A DNA stretch of 56,788 bases from Fibrobacterales bacterium. Lineage in GTDB: Bacteria; Fibrobacterota; Fibrobacteria; Fibrobacterales; JAOPTW01. Position 1 is the stretch's first letter. Each line of letters opens with the position of its first letter. Under the pieces are notes generated by a model. It worked only from the letters and a program-made list of their open reading frames with translations, had not been told where the DNA came from and did not search any database. The stretch lies in assembly GCA_051532055.1 (NCBI GenBank), contig JAOPTX010000014.1, positions 1-56,788 on the forward strand, given 5' to 3'. A program made the position numbers and the translations under genes. Below are positions 20,928 to 31,779 of this stretch, piece by piece.

Positions 20928-23798
20928 CTAAGGGGTATTGAATAAACATCTCAAGCTCAAGGCATACACTCCTTCTGCTGCCATATTTGATACATCTGCG
21001 GTTTGGATTCCTTCCGTTTTACCTGAATTAAACGTTCTAATTTTTGTAGCCGCGTTGTCCCAAAAGGCAGAAAAATTAGTTGCATCAAAAAAGCCAATTT
21101 CATGAGATTTTCCCATGCTATAAAAACCTAATCCAGCAGGTAATACATTAAATTCTGAACTATTGGTACCAATAGAATCAGTAGAACTCACATGCCAAAG
21201 AGATTGACTTTTCATACCTTTGGCCACGCCTATGCCTCGTACTTCATAGTCACCCTTCTGGAGATCAGTAGGAGACATACCGAGGGTCGCTTCAAGCTGT
21301 TTCCATTCACCATCTGAAGGTACTTTCCACCCATCAGGACATACACCACCCTGGAGTATAGCGGGAGTATCATATAACCGACCATACGTATTACAATCCG
21401 AACAATAAGACCCCGTTTGTGATGTATAATTAAGATTCTCAGTCATCCACAGCTGACGATCATATTTTTTCCACGAATAGCTTTGATCATATACACCACC
21501 ATGATGAGCCCTAAAGATACCCGTATCGGCATCTTCGAGTACTGCGGTTAATGTCAGACCAGAATTCTGGGTAATCCCTGTAATAACTGATGTGCTTGTC
21601 GTATAGCTATTTAATGTGACACCTGATACATTCCACGATATAAATTTATAGCCTGGCGCTGGTTCATATAAGAGATCTATTGAATTACCTAAGTCAAAAC
21701 TTATTTCATCACCTTCGTACAGAGCGCCATTTATATAGAACTTCCCATTACCCCCAATCGAATCCAATGCTATAAGATTGTTATTCTCTAAGAATTCTGC
21801 TTTTATCTCCCAATATGAGGCTTGAGAAATTGAGGTAACCTTTGTTGTTGCAGATTTATTACTCGTAAGAGTAACATTCGCCGGCACCCAATGAGAAAAC
21901 TTCCATCCAACATTTGCCGTTGCGATAACTTCTTTTTCTGCCCCCATAGTGTAGTTATCATGATTATCTGTAAAGGCAACCGTTCCTCTCGCTGAATTGA
22001 ACATAGAAGTGATAGCATAAGTATTGGCTACATATTCTGCCTCTAATAAATGTGTTCCTTGTGTTTCATCAAGAGCAACTATTTGTGCGACAACTGCATC
22101 GGAATCCTCAACAGTTACGTTGGTCATATTCCATTTATCAAAACTCCAACCAAAAAGAGTGTCAACAACTATTGATACAGTATCACCATAGATATATCGG
22201 TAACTACCTGGTGTCACTCCCCCGTCAATCTTAATTTGACCATGAGTAGATTGGACTCCAATATCAAAAGCATTCGGTGTAAAAACAGCGGTTAATTCAC
22301 CACCACTTCCAAATACTACAGTATTCAATTTCACTGTCTCACCTTTGGCAAGCTCCACACCAGTTGGGACAATCCACCTACTCCACGTATACGCAGCTGT
22401 ATTTGTTTCATTCGCAATTATAGTAACATCATCTCCATGCTCTACTTCAAATTCATCGCCATCATTCTTAATATCTGACCCAACGATAACCTCTCCAACT
22501 CCTGAGATTTTCACCACAACATCATATTTTTCAACCAAGAAATGCGCGAATATTTTTGCCGATGGCTTTAACAGCTTTACGGTAACGGTTGCCTCATTCA
22601 CGTTTGTAACAAACACTACCTCATCTGCTGAATTTGCCGTCCAATCCTTAAAACTATATCCAGTTTTGGGGAGTGCAGTCAATGTGACTTCGCTAAAAAC
22701 ATCAATATCATTTGCATACTTATTATCTTTTATTTCGCCCCCACTCAGTGGAGAACATTCTGCTATAAGTTGCCCGATTTGTCTGACTGCTGAACTGGAA
22801 GTTTGAGAACTACTCCCTCCACCGGTCATCACCGAACTCACTCCCACTTGGCCACTACTTAATAATGCAGTAGCTGAGCTCATAGCAACATTGGAACTCC
22901 TTATAACAGAATTGCCTGAACTAGAACCGTGCACTTGACCAGCTGCTGATGAGGTCGACGTGCTCGATGAAAGCCCCTGCTGATCTTCACCCTTTTCACT
23001 TACAACGCTACTGACCGTCGAGTTATCCGATATCTTGCTACTAGAAGATAGGAATGGATTCTCTTTTGTTTCAGGAGGCGTAACTGCAATTATTGCCTTT
23101 TCAGCAACCTCTACAATTACAGTATCTTTTCTAATATGAAACCCATCATGCAATTCCACTACTGCACTATATGACCCTTTAGTAGAATAGATACATGCTT
23201 TGTTTGCAGGGTCAATATGAACCAATTCAGGCTCTTCATTGAGGGTGCACGATAAATAGAGACTAAAGCGAATATCATCGTCCCGGTACACCGTATTAAA
23301 GCGAACGGGCTGTTCTATTCCTACCGTTGTATCTGCTCTCGTAAAATAGAGCTGAGGAGGTCTATTGGGAGACAAGCCATTAATAACAACAATACTATCA
23401 CTCGTTACATTTTTCTCTATATAAAGAGAATCTTTTTGTTGTGCCAAATACCCACTTGCTCCGTAGAGTTTATACGAAACAACAACATAAGATCCTGCCC
23501 CTTTTGTAACATCTAACGAAAACAGAGAGTCAATGGATGTTTCGAGATTGGTCGAATCAATGAATATATCAGTGTCCGTAGATACCTGAATGCTATAACC
23601 GGTTACCTTTTCTGGCACTACCGTTAAGTCTATATGGTATTCTACAGGACCACTTACAACATCTGAATCATTGGTAATGATAGCCTCGCCGCTCGTACTT
23701 GTTTCGTCAAAAACACAGTGGAACACCATAAGTGATAGTAGCAACACAGAAATACTTCTCATAAAGTTCAGCAAATAATTATTAACTTTAAAATGCAT
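20928..23798 (-). CDS. Large probable lipoprotein: Ig/PKD-like region, Ser linker, InlB B-like repeats, C-terminal FISUMP domain
   Basis: Repeats GYSFKDW / GWSFDKW / GWKFSHW / GYKFISW; FISUMP motifs WMTENLNY, YGRLY, CPDGWKVPS..EW, FNVLPAG, LSLRC. Confidence 0.85.
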   Translation of the reverse strand: MHFKVNNYLLNFMRSISVLLLSLMVFHCVFDETSTSGEAIITNDSDVVSGPVEYHIDLTVVPEKVTGYSIQVSTDTDIFIDSTNLETSIDSLFSLDVTKGAGSYVVVSYKLYGASGYLAQQKDSLYIEKNVTSDSIVVINGLSPNRPPQLYFTRADTTVGIEQPVRFNTVYRDDDIRFSLYLSCTLNEEPELVHIDPANKACIYSTKGSYSAVVELHDGFHIRKDTVIVEVAEKAIIAVTPPETKENPFLSSSSKISDNSTVSSVVSEKGEDQQGLSSSTSTSSAAGQVHGSSSGNSVIRSSNVAMSSATALLSSGQVGVSSVMTGGGSSSQTSSSAVRQIGQLIAECSPLSGGEIKDNKYANDIDVFSEVTLTALPKTGYSFKDWTANSADEVVFVTNVNEATVTVKLLKPSAKIFAHFLVEKYDVVVKISGVGEVIVGSDIKNDGDEFEVEHGDDVTIIANETNTAAYTWSRWIVPTGVELAKGETVKLNTVVFGSGGELTAVFTPNAFDIGVQSTHGQIKIDGGVTPGSYRYIYGDTVSIVVDTLFGWSFDKWNMTNVTVEDSDAVVAQIVALDETQGTHLLEAEYVANTYAITSMFNSARGTVAFTDNHDNYTMGAEKEVIATANVGWKFSHWVPANVTLTSNKSATTKVTSISQASYWEIKAEFLENNNLIALDSIGGNGKFYINGALYEGDEISFDLGNSIDLLYEPAPGYKFISWNVSGVTLNSYTTSTSVITGITQNSGLTLTAVLEDADTGIFRAHHGGVYDQSYSWKKYDRQLWMTENLNYTSQTGSYCSDCNTYGRLYDTPAILQGGVCPDGWKVPSDGEWKQLEATLGMSPTDLQKGDYEVRGIGVAKGMKSQSLWHVSSTDSIGTNSSEFNVLPAGLGFYSMGKSHEIGFFDATNFSAFWDNAATKIRTFNSGKTEGIQTADVSNMAAEGVYALSLRCLFNTP

Positions 23799-24652
23799 TA
23801 TAATCCCTTCCTATTTTGTAATACAGAGTCAAGCACAATAGAATCGGGCAATACAGCCTTCAATGAAGATCTATTATAATCTGAATACCGTAACATTCCA
23901 TCGTAAAAACGTTCAACAAATACTGAATCGACATTGATCGACTCTGGGATGTTTTTATTTACCCCATTAAAACTCTGTAACTGTGTCTGCCAAAGAAACA
24001 TACAATTCATAACCTCGTTTAATACTGAATCTATTTCATCATTAACAAGATGTATCGCACTCTCAGTTAATACTTTATAGTACTCATCTGACTTAAAATC
24101 ATCACACATTCTTTGAGCGATAAATCCTTTAAAGAATGTTTTCTTGGCATCGAGATCACCATCGACATTTTCAATTTCTTTTGAAATTTCCACTGCTTTT
24201 TTATTAACCATTGAGTATGATGTCTTAATTACATTACTTGTAAAATCAAACGATTTCGATTTTGATATGATAATCAAGTTATTACTATAGCATCTATAGA
24301 CCACCGTTATATGGTCATTCTTTTGAGCCTCAATGGGTATAACGACACTACTTACATAAATAAATGCTTTATTTTCCATATACTCAGTTTCGTTTATTGC
24401 ACTCACTTTTCTTGACCCAAAAGAATTCCCATCAATACGTGCCACATATACTAACGTATCAATTTGAACGTCTTGAATAACAACTGCAACAACGATACTA
24501 TCAATCACAAGATCAGTGTTTTTTTCAATTGACAACACATAGTTTCTTGAAGTATCCTCTCGGTCATTGACGTTACAACTGCTAATACCTATCACTAAAT
24601 AGACACTTAAAAGTACTGAAAGAGAGAAAGTTCGAAATATCATATAATCCAA
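23798..24652 (-). CDS. Hypothetical lipoprotein
   Basis: Lipobox ISSC; TAATG overlap with the downstream gene indicates translational coupling. Confidence 0.7.
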   Translation of the reverse strand: MDYMIFRTFSLSVLLSVYLVIGISSCNVNDREDTSRNYVLSIEKNTDLVIDSIVVAVVIQDVQIDTLVYVARIDGNSFGSRKVSAINETEYMENKAFIYVSSVVIPIEAQKNDHITVVYRCYSNNLIIISKSKSFDFTSNVIKTSYSMVNKKAVEISKEIENVDGDLDAKKTFFKGFIAQRMCDDFKSDEYYKVLTESAIHLVNDEIDSVLNEVMNCMFLWQTQLQSFNGVNKNIPESINVDSVFVERFYDGMLRYSDYNRSSLKAVLPDSIVLDSVLQNRKGL

Positions 24653-24657
24653 ATTGG

Positions 24658-26157
24658 TTAATCCTTAAAGTCAAATACGCAGCGAATACTCAAGCTGTAA
24701 TATTTTTTAGTTACATCACGTCTTATACCAATACCTTGTGGCCCAATGTATCGATAATAGCTGAGTACATCGGTGCTTTCAGAAGCGGTCCAAAAAAAAG
24801 CCCCTTGAGAAACAAATGAAGAGATCTTTGTTGTTATTGGTGGGTACCCAACCTTCATTCCTGCGGGAAGAGCAGAGAACTGATACTCATTAGTCCCCTT
24901 TAATGCACCCCATTCTGGGGTTAGGGCAATTATTTTATTCGCGATTATTGCACCCCCTCTATATCCAATACTTTTAACAAGGGAATCAGGTACTCCTATG
25001 GATCGTTCGAGATGTATCCATTCTTCATCAGTAGCGATATGCCAACTTGTAGGACACACATTAATCTCTGTATTCCATTTATACAATCTACCCATCGATT
25101 GACATTTCGTGTCACTTGAATCAGGGCATACCGACTCCAGCTCAATAGATTCATAACTCAAATTTTCAGATAGCCATGTTGTGCCATCAATTTCTACCCA
25201 ATCGTATTCGTGATTATCACGAGAGTCAATTATAAATCCCGTCGTCACTATTACAGTTGATGATGATGACTCCATAGGTATTGATGATGATGACTCGGCA
25301 ACTCCAACACTTGAAATTGTAGATGAATGAACGAATGAGCTACTACTAACCCTATTTGGTATACTACTCAGAAGAGTCGAGGAGAACACAACTGATTCGG
25401 AACTTGATTCGTTACTATTTTGTGAATCAATTGAAACATTGTCAAAGCTACTCTGAGAACTTAATGTTTGTTCACTAGAAATAATCTCACTTGAACTGAG
25501 CTCTACCTTTTCTACAACTGTAATGACACTATCAATAGTCGCATGTATCGCGTCCCGTACCATAAACTCTATTTTATGTATCCCTGCTTCATCCGGAACA
25601 TACACTACCTGATATTCATCTGTAGCGTTGGTCCATTTCCCTGTCTCAGTATAGTCCCACACAAAGCCAACGGCATCATCATCCTTCCAAATAACCGGTA
25701 TGGCTATTTTTTGTCCTACAATACCATAGACACTATCTGCTACGATTATAGTAGGCACCATATTCGGTATGGGTGAATAATATACTTCAGTAGTATCGTC
25801 TACGTTATCCTTAACCATAACAGTATCAATTTGACTTGCAAGGTGGGCATTACTCCCAAAAATTTGATACTGAAATACAATAGTCTTTAACAGATATTTT
25901 GAAAGATCAATATCAACATGCTCCTGAAATCCTTGTTGTATGGTAACCGTATCAGTACCCACAATAGTTTCATCAACCAATATTGTGTATGCTACAGAAT
26001 CAATGTTCTTTTTTAGTGAGGTAAAAGGTATACGAAACACTACTGATGAATCAGTTGTTGCGTTAAGCGAATGGCTCGATTCACTACATGAAAGGAGTAC
26101 TACTACAAGAAATAAAAACGATGTAAACTTAATTACATTAGTTGTGTGTGTTGTCAC
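24658..26157 (-). CDS. FISUMP-domain lipoprotein with Ser-rich linker
   Basis: Lipobox LLSC; DSRDNHEY..V.I...WLSENL, GRLYKW, CPTSWH, FSALPAG, FWTAS, LSIRCV. Confidence 0.88.
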   Translation of the reverse strand: MTTHTTNVIKFTSFLFLVVVLLSCSESSHSLNATTDSSVVFRIPFTSLKKNIDSVAYTILVDETIVGTDTVTIQQGFQEHVDIDLSKYLLKTIVFQYQIFGSNAHLASQIDTVMVKDNVDDTTEVYYSPIPNMVPTIIVADSVYGIVGQKIAIPVIWKDDDAVGFVWDYTETGKWTNATDEYQVVYVPDEAGIHKIEFMVRDAIHATIDSVITVVEKVELSSSEIISSEQTLSSQSSFDNVSIDSQNSNESSSESVVFSSTLLSSIPNRVSSSSFVHSSTISSVGVAESSSSIPMESSSSTVIVTTGFIIDSRDNHEYDWVEIDGTTWLSENLSYESIELESVCPDSSDTKCQSMGRLYKWNTEINVCPTSWHIATDEEWIHLERSIGVPDSLVKSIGYRGGAIIANKIIALTPEWGALKGTNEYQFSALPAGMKVGYPPITTKISSFVSQGAFFWTASESTDVLSYYRYIGPQGIGIRRDVTKKYYSLSIRCVFDFKD

Positions 26158-26254
26158 GACGTTACCCCCCCAGGTATTTATATGTCGCAGTGCTGCCCAA
26201 CAATAACAATTACATTTGTATTTTAAATGCAGAAGAATGTAAATACTTTTTTAA

Positions 26255-26270
26255 TGTGACCCCTGTCACT
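26255..26270. promoter_or_regulatory. CRP/FNR-family-like binding site
   Basis: aaTGTGA-CCCCTG-TCACTtt: 9/10 match to TGTGA-N6-TCACA with AT-rich flanks, ~100 bp upstream of the FISUMP operon. Confidence 0.45.
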
Positions 26271-26875
26271 TTTTTAGTTTAGCTAATTGATGTTCACTAA
26301 TAGTTCATCGAATTATTTCAGCACCTATATGTAAAATATCGGTTACACTCATCGAGTGCCACTTTATGTAGATCAACTCTAGGTACTATGAATAATAGGA
26401 TACAGGAGCACACCTCAAATACTATCGATTAATTTATAAAACTCACCATGCATTTCTGTTCACAAACTGTTCAGGTTTATCAAATCAATTTTATTACTCA
26501 ACACCAAAAGTTCGAATAGCTTTTTAATATTTTTGACCGTAATTTAAAATCTCTCGACATAGTCAATTTCTACCGTAACCATATTCCATGTTTACTCGGA
26601 TTTTCAAAACTACCATAGCTCAGAATTACTCTAGAGGCAAGGAGCACCACTCACTTCATTACTTAAGACTCTGTTGTAATGCGGTTTCCGAATTTTTCCT
26701 TTCGCAACAATTGAACAACTGCATAAAAGAACTAAAGGAGGAATGTACTGAAATTATAACTATTACGTCGGACCGAGTAGAATTATCGTCTTTTTAACCA
26801 TTTTATTCATTAAAATTTACTTTCACCGTTAATGAATCATATACTAAAGTGATCTTTAAAATAGTATGGTTCACA

Positions 26876-28807
26876 ATGTTTAAAAATAAAAAGCTCAGCA
26901 CAAAATTATGGAGCCTAGTAGGGATAGCCTTAATAGTAATATCCATTACCGTTAGTTTTTCCGTGTATTCTACCTTTGATACGCAAACTACCATTTCCAA
27001 TATGGAAAAAGACGGAGCAGTTATTAATATTGCTGGTGCTCAAAGAATGTTGACCCAAAAAATATCCAAACAAGTTGAATGGGTAAACAATGGGAAACTT
27101 GAACACCTTGATGGACTTAAAAAAGACATTGATCGATTTGATGAAGTTATCAACGGTCTATTACAGGGCAACAATGAACTGCACCTTATTGCATCGCCCA
27201 ACGAAAATATTCGCATCGAATTAAAAAAGGTTGAATCCCAGTGGCTGACCTTTAAGGGTCACGTAAGCGACTTAATCCTAAGCTCAACTGAAGTTGGTCA
27301 GGCAATTGAGTATATAATTAACAATAATGTTTTACTTTTTAATATGGCCAACGATGCAGTAATGACTCTCGGTAAAAACAAAGAAAACCCTGGAACCATC
27401 GCTTTAGCAGGAAGGCTCAGAGCACTTTCACAACGAACCACTAAGGCGGCAAGCCTTCTTAATAGTGGCGATAAAAAATCTCTGGACGAGCTTATTAAGT
27501 TCTCCACTATGTATGAATCTCTTCTGCTTGCTCTATTAAATGGTTCAAGTGACATTACCCAAGTTACTGATCCGGAAGGCCGTATAAAACTCGATATCCT
27601 GAGAAAGAAACAAATACCGTTCATGCAAGCACTGAGAATAATAGAGACCAAGGCTCCTAATAAAAATATTGCCCTTGATTACATCCGTGAAAATAACATT
27701 GCACTCCTTAAACAAATGAATCTCTCAGTTGGAGCTTGGGCTGATTACTCACAAGGTAATATAGTCTCTCTCGTAAACTCACTCAAGCAAAGCCTTTTAC
27801 TTCAGATCATTATTGCTTTTGTGGGGGGCATTGGATTTAGCCTTCTTGCATTTTTAATAATTAAATCAACAACCCTATCACTCAATAATATTATTGAAAA
27901 TCTTCAAAGTGGTTCACTTGAGGTATCTTCCGCTTCATCAGAAATTGCACGGTCAAGTCAAAACCTTGCAGATAGTGCATCAACCCAGGCCTCTGGTATA
28001 GAAGAAATATCTGCGAGTCTTACTGAAACCTCTTCTATGACAGAACAAAATGCTAAAACATCAAAAGACGCAAGTTCCCTTTCTATTGAAACGAAAAACA
28101 TTACCAATACCGGCCTGGAAGCAATGAAGCATATGACTCAAGCCGTAACGGATATAAAAGTTTCAAGTGATGAAACAGCAAAAATTGTGAAAACAATTAA
28201 TGAGATAGCATTTCAGACCAACCTTCTTGCACTGAATGCTGCAGTTGAAGCAGCCCGAGCCGGAGATGCTGGCAAAGGTTTTGCCGTTGTTGCCGAAGAG
28301 GTTCGCAATCTTGCCCAGAGAAGTGCACAGGCCGCCAATGACACCACCGAGCTTATTGAACAGTCAATTGAACGAGCTGACCAAGGTGTACTCGCTTCTA
28401 AAAAAGTACAGGACATCTTAGAACGTACTGCTCAATCTGTTGAAAAAATCAATACACTGATTGCCGATGTTTCTTCTGCAAGTAACGAACAGTCACAAGG
28501 TATACAGCAAATTCATGACGGTATGTCTTCTATGGAAACCTCTATTCAGTCCAATGCAGCCACAGCAGAACAATCAGCAAGTGCAAGTGAGGAACTCTCT
28601 GCTCAAGCTGAGGTTTTAAATAGTATGGTTGTTGAATTAACCCATGTTGTTAAAGGTGCTTCTCAGTCGAATCCGATGTTACCTCAGTATGAGTCTGAAA
28701 TACATCAAGTCCACAAGCTCCCTCCTCCTATGCCAACACAAAAGATAACCAGAGCACATAAACATAATGAAATCGACATTAATGACGAAAAATTTATGGA
28801 TTTTTAA
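26876..28807 (+). CDS. Methyl-accepting chemotaxis protein with two tandem PilJ/NarX-like sensor domains
   Basis: Two TMs; P-box-like [13 protein letters not shown] and [16 protein letters not shown] core [21 protein letters not shown]-terminal pentapeptide-like KFMDF. Confidence 0.9.
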   Translation: MFKNKKLSTKLWSLVGIALIVISITVSFSVYSTFDTQTTISNMEKDGAVINIAGAQRMLTQKISKQVEWVNNGKLEHLDGLKKDIDRFDEVINGLLQGNNELHLIASPNENIRIELKKVESQWLTFKGHVSDLILSSTEVGQAIEYIINNNVLLFNMANDAVMTLGKNKENPGTIALAGRLRALSQRTTKAASLLNSGDKKSLDELIKFSTMYESLLLALLNGSSDITQVTDPEGRIKLDILRKKQIPFMQALRIIETKAPNKNIALDYIRENNIALLKQMNLSVGAWADYSQGNIVSLVNSLKQSLLLQIIIAFVGGIGFSLLAFLIIKSTTLSLNNIIENLQSGSLEVSSASSEIARSSQNLADSASTQASGIEEISASLTETSSMTEQNAKTSKDASSLSIETKNITNTGLEAMKHMTQAVTDIKVSSDETAKIVKTINEIAFQTNLLALNAAVEAARAGDAGKGFAVVAEEVRNLAQRSAQAANDTTELIEQSIERADQGVLASKKVQDILERTAQSVEKINTLIADVSSASNEQSQGIQQIHDGMSSMETSIQSNAATAEQSASASEELSAQAEVLNSMVVELTHVVKGASQSNPMLPQYESEIHQVHKLPPPMPTQKITRAHKHNEIDINDEKFMDF

Positions 28808-29143
28808 AAATCCCTAGCAAATCGAACGTAAAAAAAGATTTTAAATCAACACTGGCAGAGACAATTGGTCCTAAATGGTTAGAAACCTAACTGCATAGAT
28901 TCAATGAGGTCTGAATGGAATACTTCTGGGGCATAAATCAGAATTCAAATTTCTGTCCAATCAATTCTTTAACTACGCCCCCTTACCCACCTTACTCTTC
29001 TTCCATACTAGTAAAATAGCATTTTGAATTATATGTAAATTCACCTATTGGTATGATAGAATCAAGATCAACACTACCTAAAGCACGCCCTATTATCTAT
29101 TATTTGTCAACATACCACAAGGGACAATCACGAGGATACATCA

Positions 29144-30502
29144 ATGAAACAAATAAAAGGCGCCATGCTGGTTTTAATCACATGGTCAATTACAGGCTGC
29201 TTTGGAACAGCAACCAATAATAATAACGGATCGGAAAATCATTCATCGAGCTCAATTATGAGTTCAGCCGAAAGTTCATACACCCCAAATTCATCAAATT
29301 ATGAGTCTTCATCAGAATCATCAAGCGAAAGCTCTAGTATCGAGGAGTCTTCTTCAAATGAAGAGAGCTCAATGACTGAAGGACTCTCAACACCTGAAAC
29401 GTCATCAGCCAATCCTGAAAGCTCACACGAGTCTTCTTCGAGCGTCGCTGAGTCTTCATCTTCTATTTCATCTTCAATGCTCTCTTCCTCATCATCCTCA
29501 TCTTCTTTTGTGATATCATCATCATCAGAACCAGAAATTCTGTATGGACCAGTAGGAAGCCCAGTGGCAAAATTCGGCTTCTTAAAGTCGAGTGGAAAAA
29601 CTATCACGAGTGTTAAAACAGGCGAAGCTATTCAACTCATTGGAATGAGCATGTTTTGGAGCCAATGGACTGAACAAGACAACGGAGGATCACCCTCATT
29701 TTACACTACAGAGGTGGTAAACTGGCTGGTAAGCGATTGGAAAATCGACATTATACGTGCCGCCATTGGAATACATGACGACCAAGCAGCCGGAGCTGAT
29801 TATCGCGCCGATCCTGAAAAGCACTGGGGTTACCTTGAAACGATTGTGAACGCAGCCATTGACAATGGTATCTATGTAATAATTGATTGGCACTCACATA
29901 CAGCACATCATCAGACTAATGATGCTAAGGCGTTCTTTAAAAAGGCTGCTGAAACATGGGGGGATTCACCCAACATTATCTATGAAGTATATAATGAACC
30001 AGAGCAAGTTGGCTGGGGTGAAATCAAAGAGTACATGAATGAAACCATTGCAGAAATCAGAAAATACGATACACAAAATCATATAGCAGTTGGAAATCCA
30101 ATGTGGTCTTCATATCCTGGCGATCCTGCTGGGGACCCTCCTACTGACCCAAGTGACAACATTTCGTACACCATGCACTTTTATGCGCAAGCGCACAAGG
30201 GCGAATATAGAGATAGGGCTGACATAGCACTCAATGCAAACAAACCAGTCTTTGCTACCGAATGGGGTTCAAGCGGACCGGTTGAACAAACCTATGTTGA
30301 TGTAGCAAGTACAAATGAGTGGCTTGATTACATGAAGACGAATAAAATTAGTTGGTGTAACTGGTCGATCTATGACAAAGCCGAAGCGAACTCATCACTT
30401 AACCCTGGCGCAAACACAGCTGGCGGTTGGGGCGATGGAGAACTTACTGAATCAGGTAAACTTCTGAGAAATTATATTAGAGAGAACAACAACTGGGACT
30501 AA
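29144..30502 (+). CDS. GH5 (subfamily 2-like) endoglucanase lipoprotein with Ser-rich linker
   Basis: Lipobox ITGC; GMSMFWSQW, YVIIDWHSH, YEVYNEP (acid/base), HFYA, FATEWG (nucleophile), SWCNWS. Confidence 0.93.
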   Translation: MKQIKGAMLVLITWSITGCFGTATNNNNGSENHSSSSIMSSAESSYTPNSSNYESSSESSSESSSIEESSSNEESSMTEGLSTPETSSANPESSHESSSSVAESSSSISSSMLSSSSSSSSFVISSSSEPEILYGPVGSPVAKFGFLKSSGKTITSVKTGEAIQLIGMSMFWSQWTEQDNGGSPSFYTTEVVNWLVSDWKIDIIRAAIGIHDDQAAGADYRADPEKHWGYLETIVNAAIDNGIYVIIDWHSHTAHHQTNDAKAFFKKAAETWGDSPNIIYEVYNEPEQVGWGEIKEYMNETIAEIRKYDTQNHIAVGNPMWSSYPGDPAGDPPTDPSDNISYTMHFYAQAHKGEYRDRADIALNANKPVFATEWGSSGPVEQTYVDVASTNEWLDYMKTNKISWCNWSIYDKAEANSSLNPGANTAGGWGDGELTESGKLLRNYIRENNNWD

Positions 30503-30542
30503 GGTCCTCAAGGTTTATTACAAACTCATTATTTAGATAATT

Positions 30543-30579
30543 TACAGAGTTCTTTCCATCCGTTGGAAAGAACTCTGTA
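30543..30579. terminator. Perfect 16-bp hairpin between convergent genes
   Basis: TACAGAGTTCTTTCCA-TCCGT-TGGAAAGAACTCTGTA. Confidence 0.75.
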
Positions 30580-30741
30580 GTTCACAGAAATTATACGAAA
30601 CATAAAACACAACCTCTCCATGCAACATACGTCAGTATCTTAATTTGAAAAGTTTAATCCAGATCATTTTGAAAAGGAAACCAACTTCTTATTTAAAACC
30701 CCGAACAATCTAATAATTTGATCTTCTTAACAAACAAATAA

Positions 30742-31779
30742 TTACTCAACAATCATCCGATCCCAACAATCAAAACCAAGATCCAACATCAGCTCTTTCG
30801 TAACATCAACAAACACAACAGCAGTAGTATCAGCTTCAGTTATCACTCTACCGTTAGAATAAAAAACCCCATTCTCTTCGGTACAACAGTTCTTCACATA
30901 TTCATAATCAAATTCAAGTAAATCAAATGAATACTTTTGAGCATCAACGCCAGCATCCAATTCATTGGATGTTCTTTTTTCAAAGGTAAAACCAAAAGCA
31001 TTGCCATAGCCAATATAGCTTTCTGGTGCTGATCCCTCACCATATTCAACAGCGATATAATAGGTACCGTCTATTGATTCAGAAACTGTTTTTACCCCTA
31101 CTGACTCCGACGGGATATCGTATCCAGGCAAAAGGGTACAGTGATTCACCAATGGCAACATATCTACATCTCCATTAAACCGAGCCTCCATACCGTCATA
31201 CACAATCGTTGTTGAGCTATCACTATCGCGTGTAAGATGTATCTCTGGTGAATGTACTATTGATTGACTTGGAGGAAGTTCAGGAAAGAGAACGGAATAA
31301 ATACCATCCCCTTCACTAGCTAAGGACACATCATAAAAATAGGCCCCGCTCACAGATCCATCATTCACCTTAATGCGTTTTTCTCGAAGGGAATAAAAAC
31401 CAAGAGACTCAACAACATACTGATTATTACCCGGTGTCAATGATATATGTCGATAGAGGGACCCCATCGAATTGTCCATAGTCATAATATCATAATCCCC
31501 ATAGGGGAGATTCTCAAAGGTAAAGTCACCCGCACTATCTATAGTTGTTGTAGCAAACTTCTCTTGAGGTGTATCTACTTCATACAACCAAAGCTCTAAA
31601 CCGGTCCTAGCTTTTACACTTTTAAAGGCGATAGGTGATAGTACTTCTGCTACAGGATTATCAATAGAAGTACTGCCACTAATACGTCCACTTCCATCAA
31701 TATCTTCTGAAGCAATACTACACCCTATCACAATCAAGGACCACAAAGGAACAAGTACTCGTATGCCAAGACGAATCAC
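30742..31779 (-). CDS. Lipoprotein with N-terminal carboxypeptidase-regulatory-like (Cna-B/transthyretin-like) domain
   Basis: Lipobox VIGC; TTTIDSAGDFTFENLPYGDYDI; 4-nt GTGA overlap with the TIGR02147 gene. Confidence 0.75.
   Translation of the reverse strand: MIRLGIRVLVPLWSLIVIGCSIASEDIDGSGRISGSTSIDNPVAEVLSPIAFKSVKARTGLELWLYEVDTPQEKFATTTIDSAGDFTFENLPYGDYDIMTMDNSMGSLYRHISLTPGNNQYVVESLGFYSLREKRIKVNDGSVSGAYFYDVSLASEGDGIYSVLFPELPPSQSIVHSPEIHLTRDSDSSTTIVYDGMEARFNGDVDMLPLVNHCTLLPGYDIPSESVGVKTVSESIDGTYYIAVEYGEGSAPESYIGYGNAFGFTFEKRTSNELDAGVDAQKYSFDLLEFDYEYVKNCCTEENGVFYSNGRVITEADTTAVVFVDVTKELMLDLGFDCWDRMIVE

Noticed and set aside
26288..26301. FNR box TTGATGTTCACTAA
   Set aside because: Right half-site matches ATCAA poorly in a very AT-rich context.
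20928..26850. Diversity-generating retroelement targeting the FISUMP C-termini
   Set aside because: No reverse transcriptase, and no adenine-variant template copy of either 3' end seen in the window.
26588..27000. Short ORFs 26588..26797 and 26803..27000
   Set aside because: No SD or recognisable motif; the second is antisense to the MCP.
29240..29530. TCA/TCT-rich low-complexity tract as a DNA repeat element
   Set aside because: Encodes the poly-Ser linker of the GH5; similar linkers occur in several lipoproteins here.
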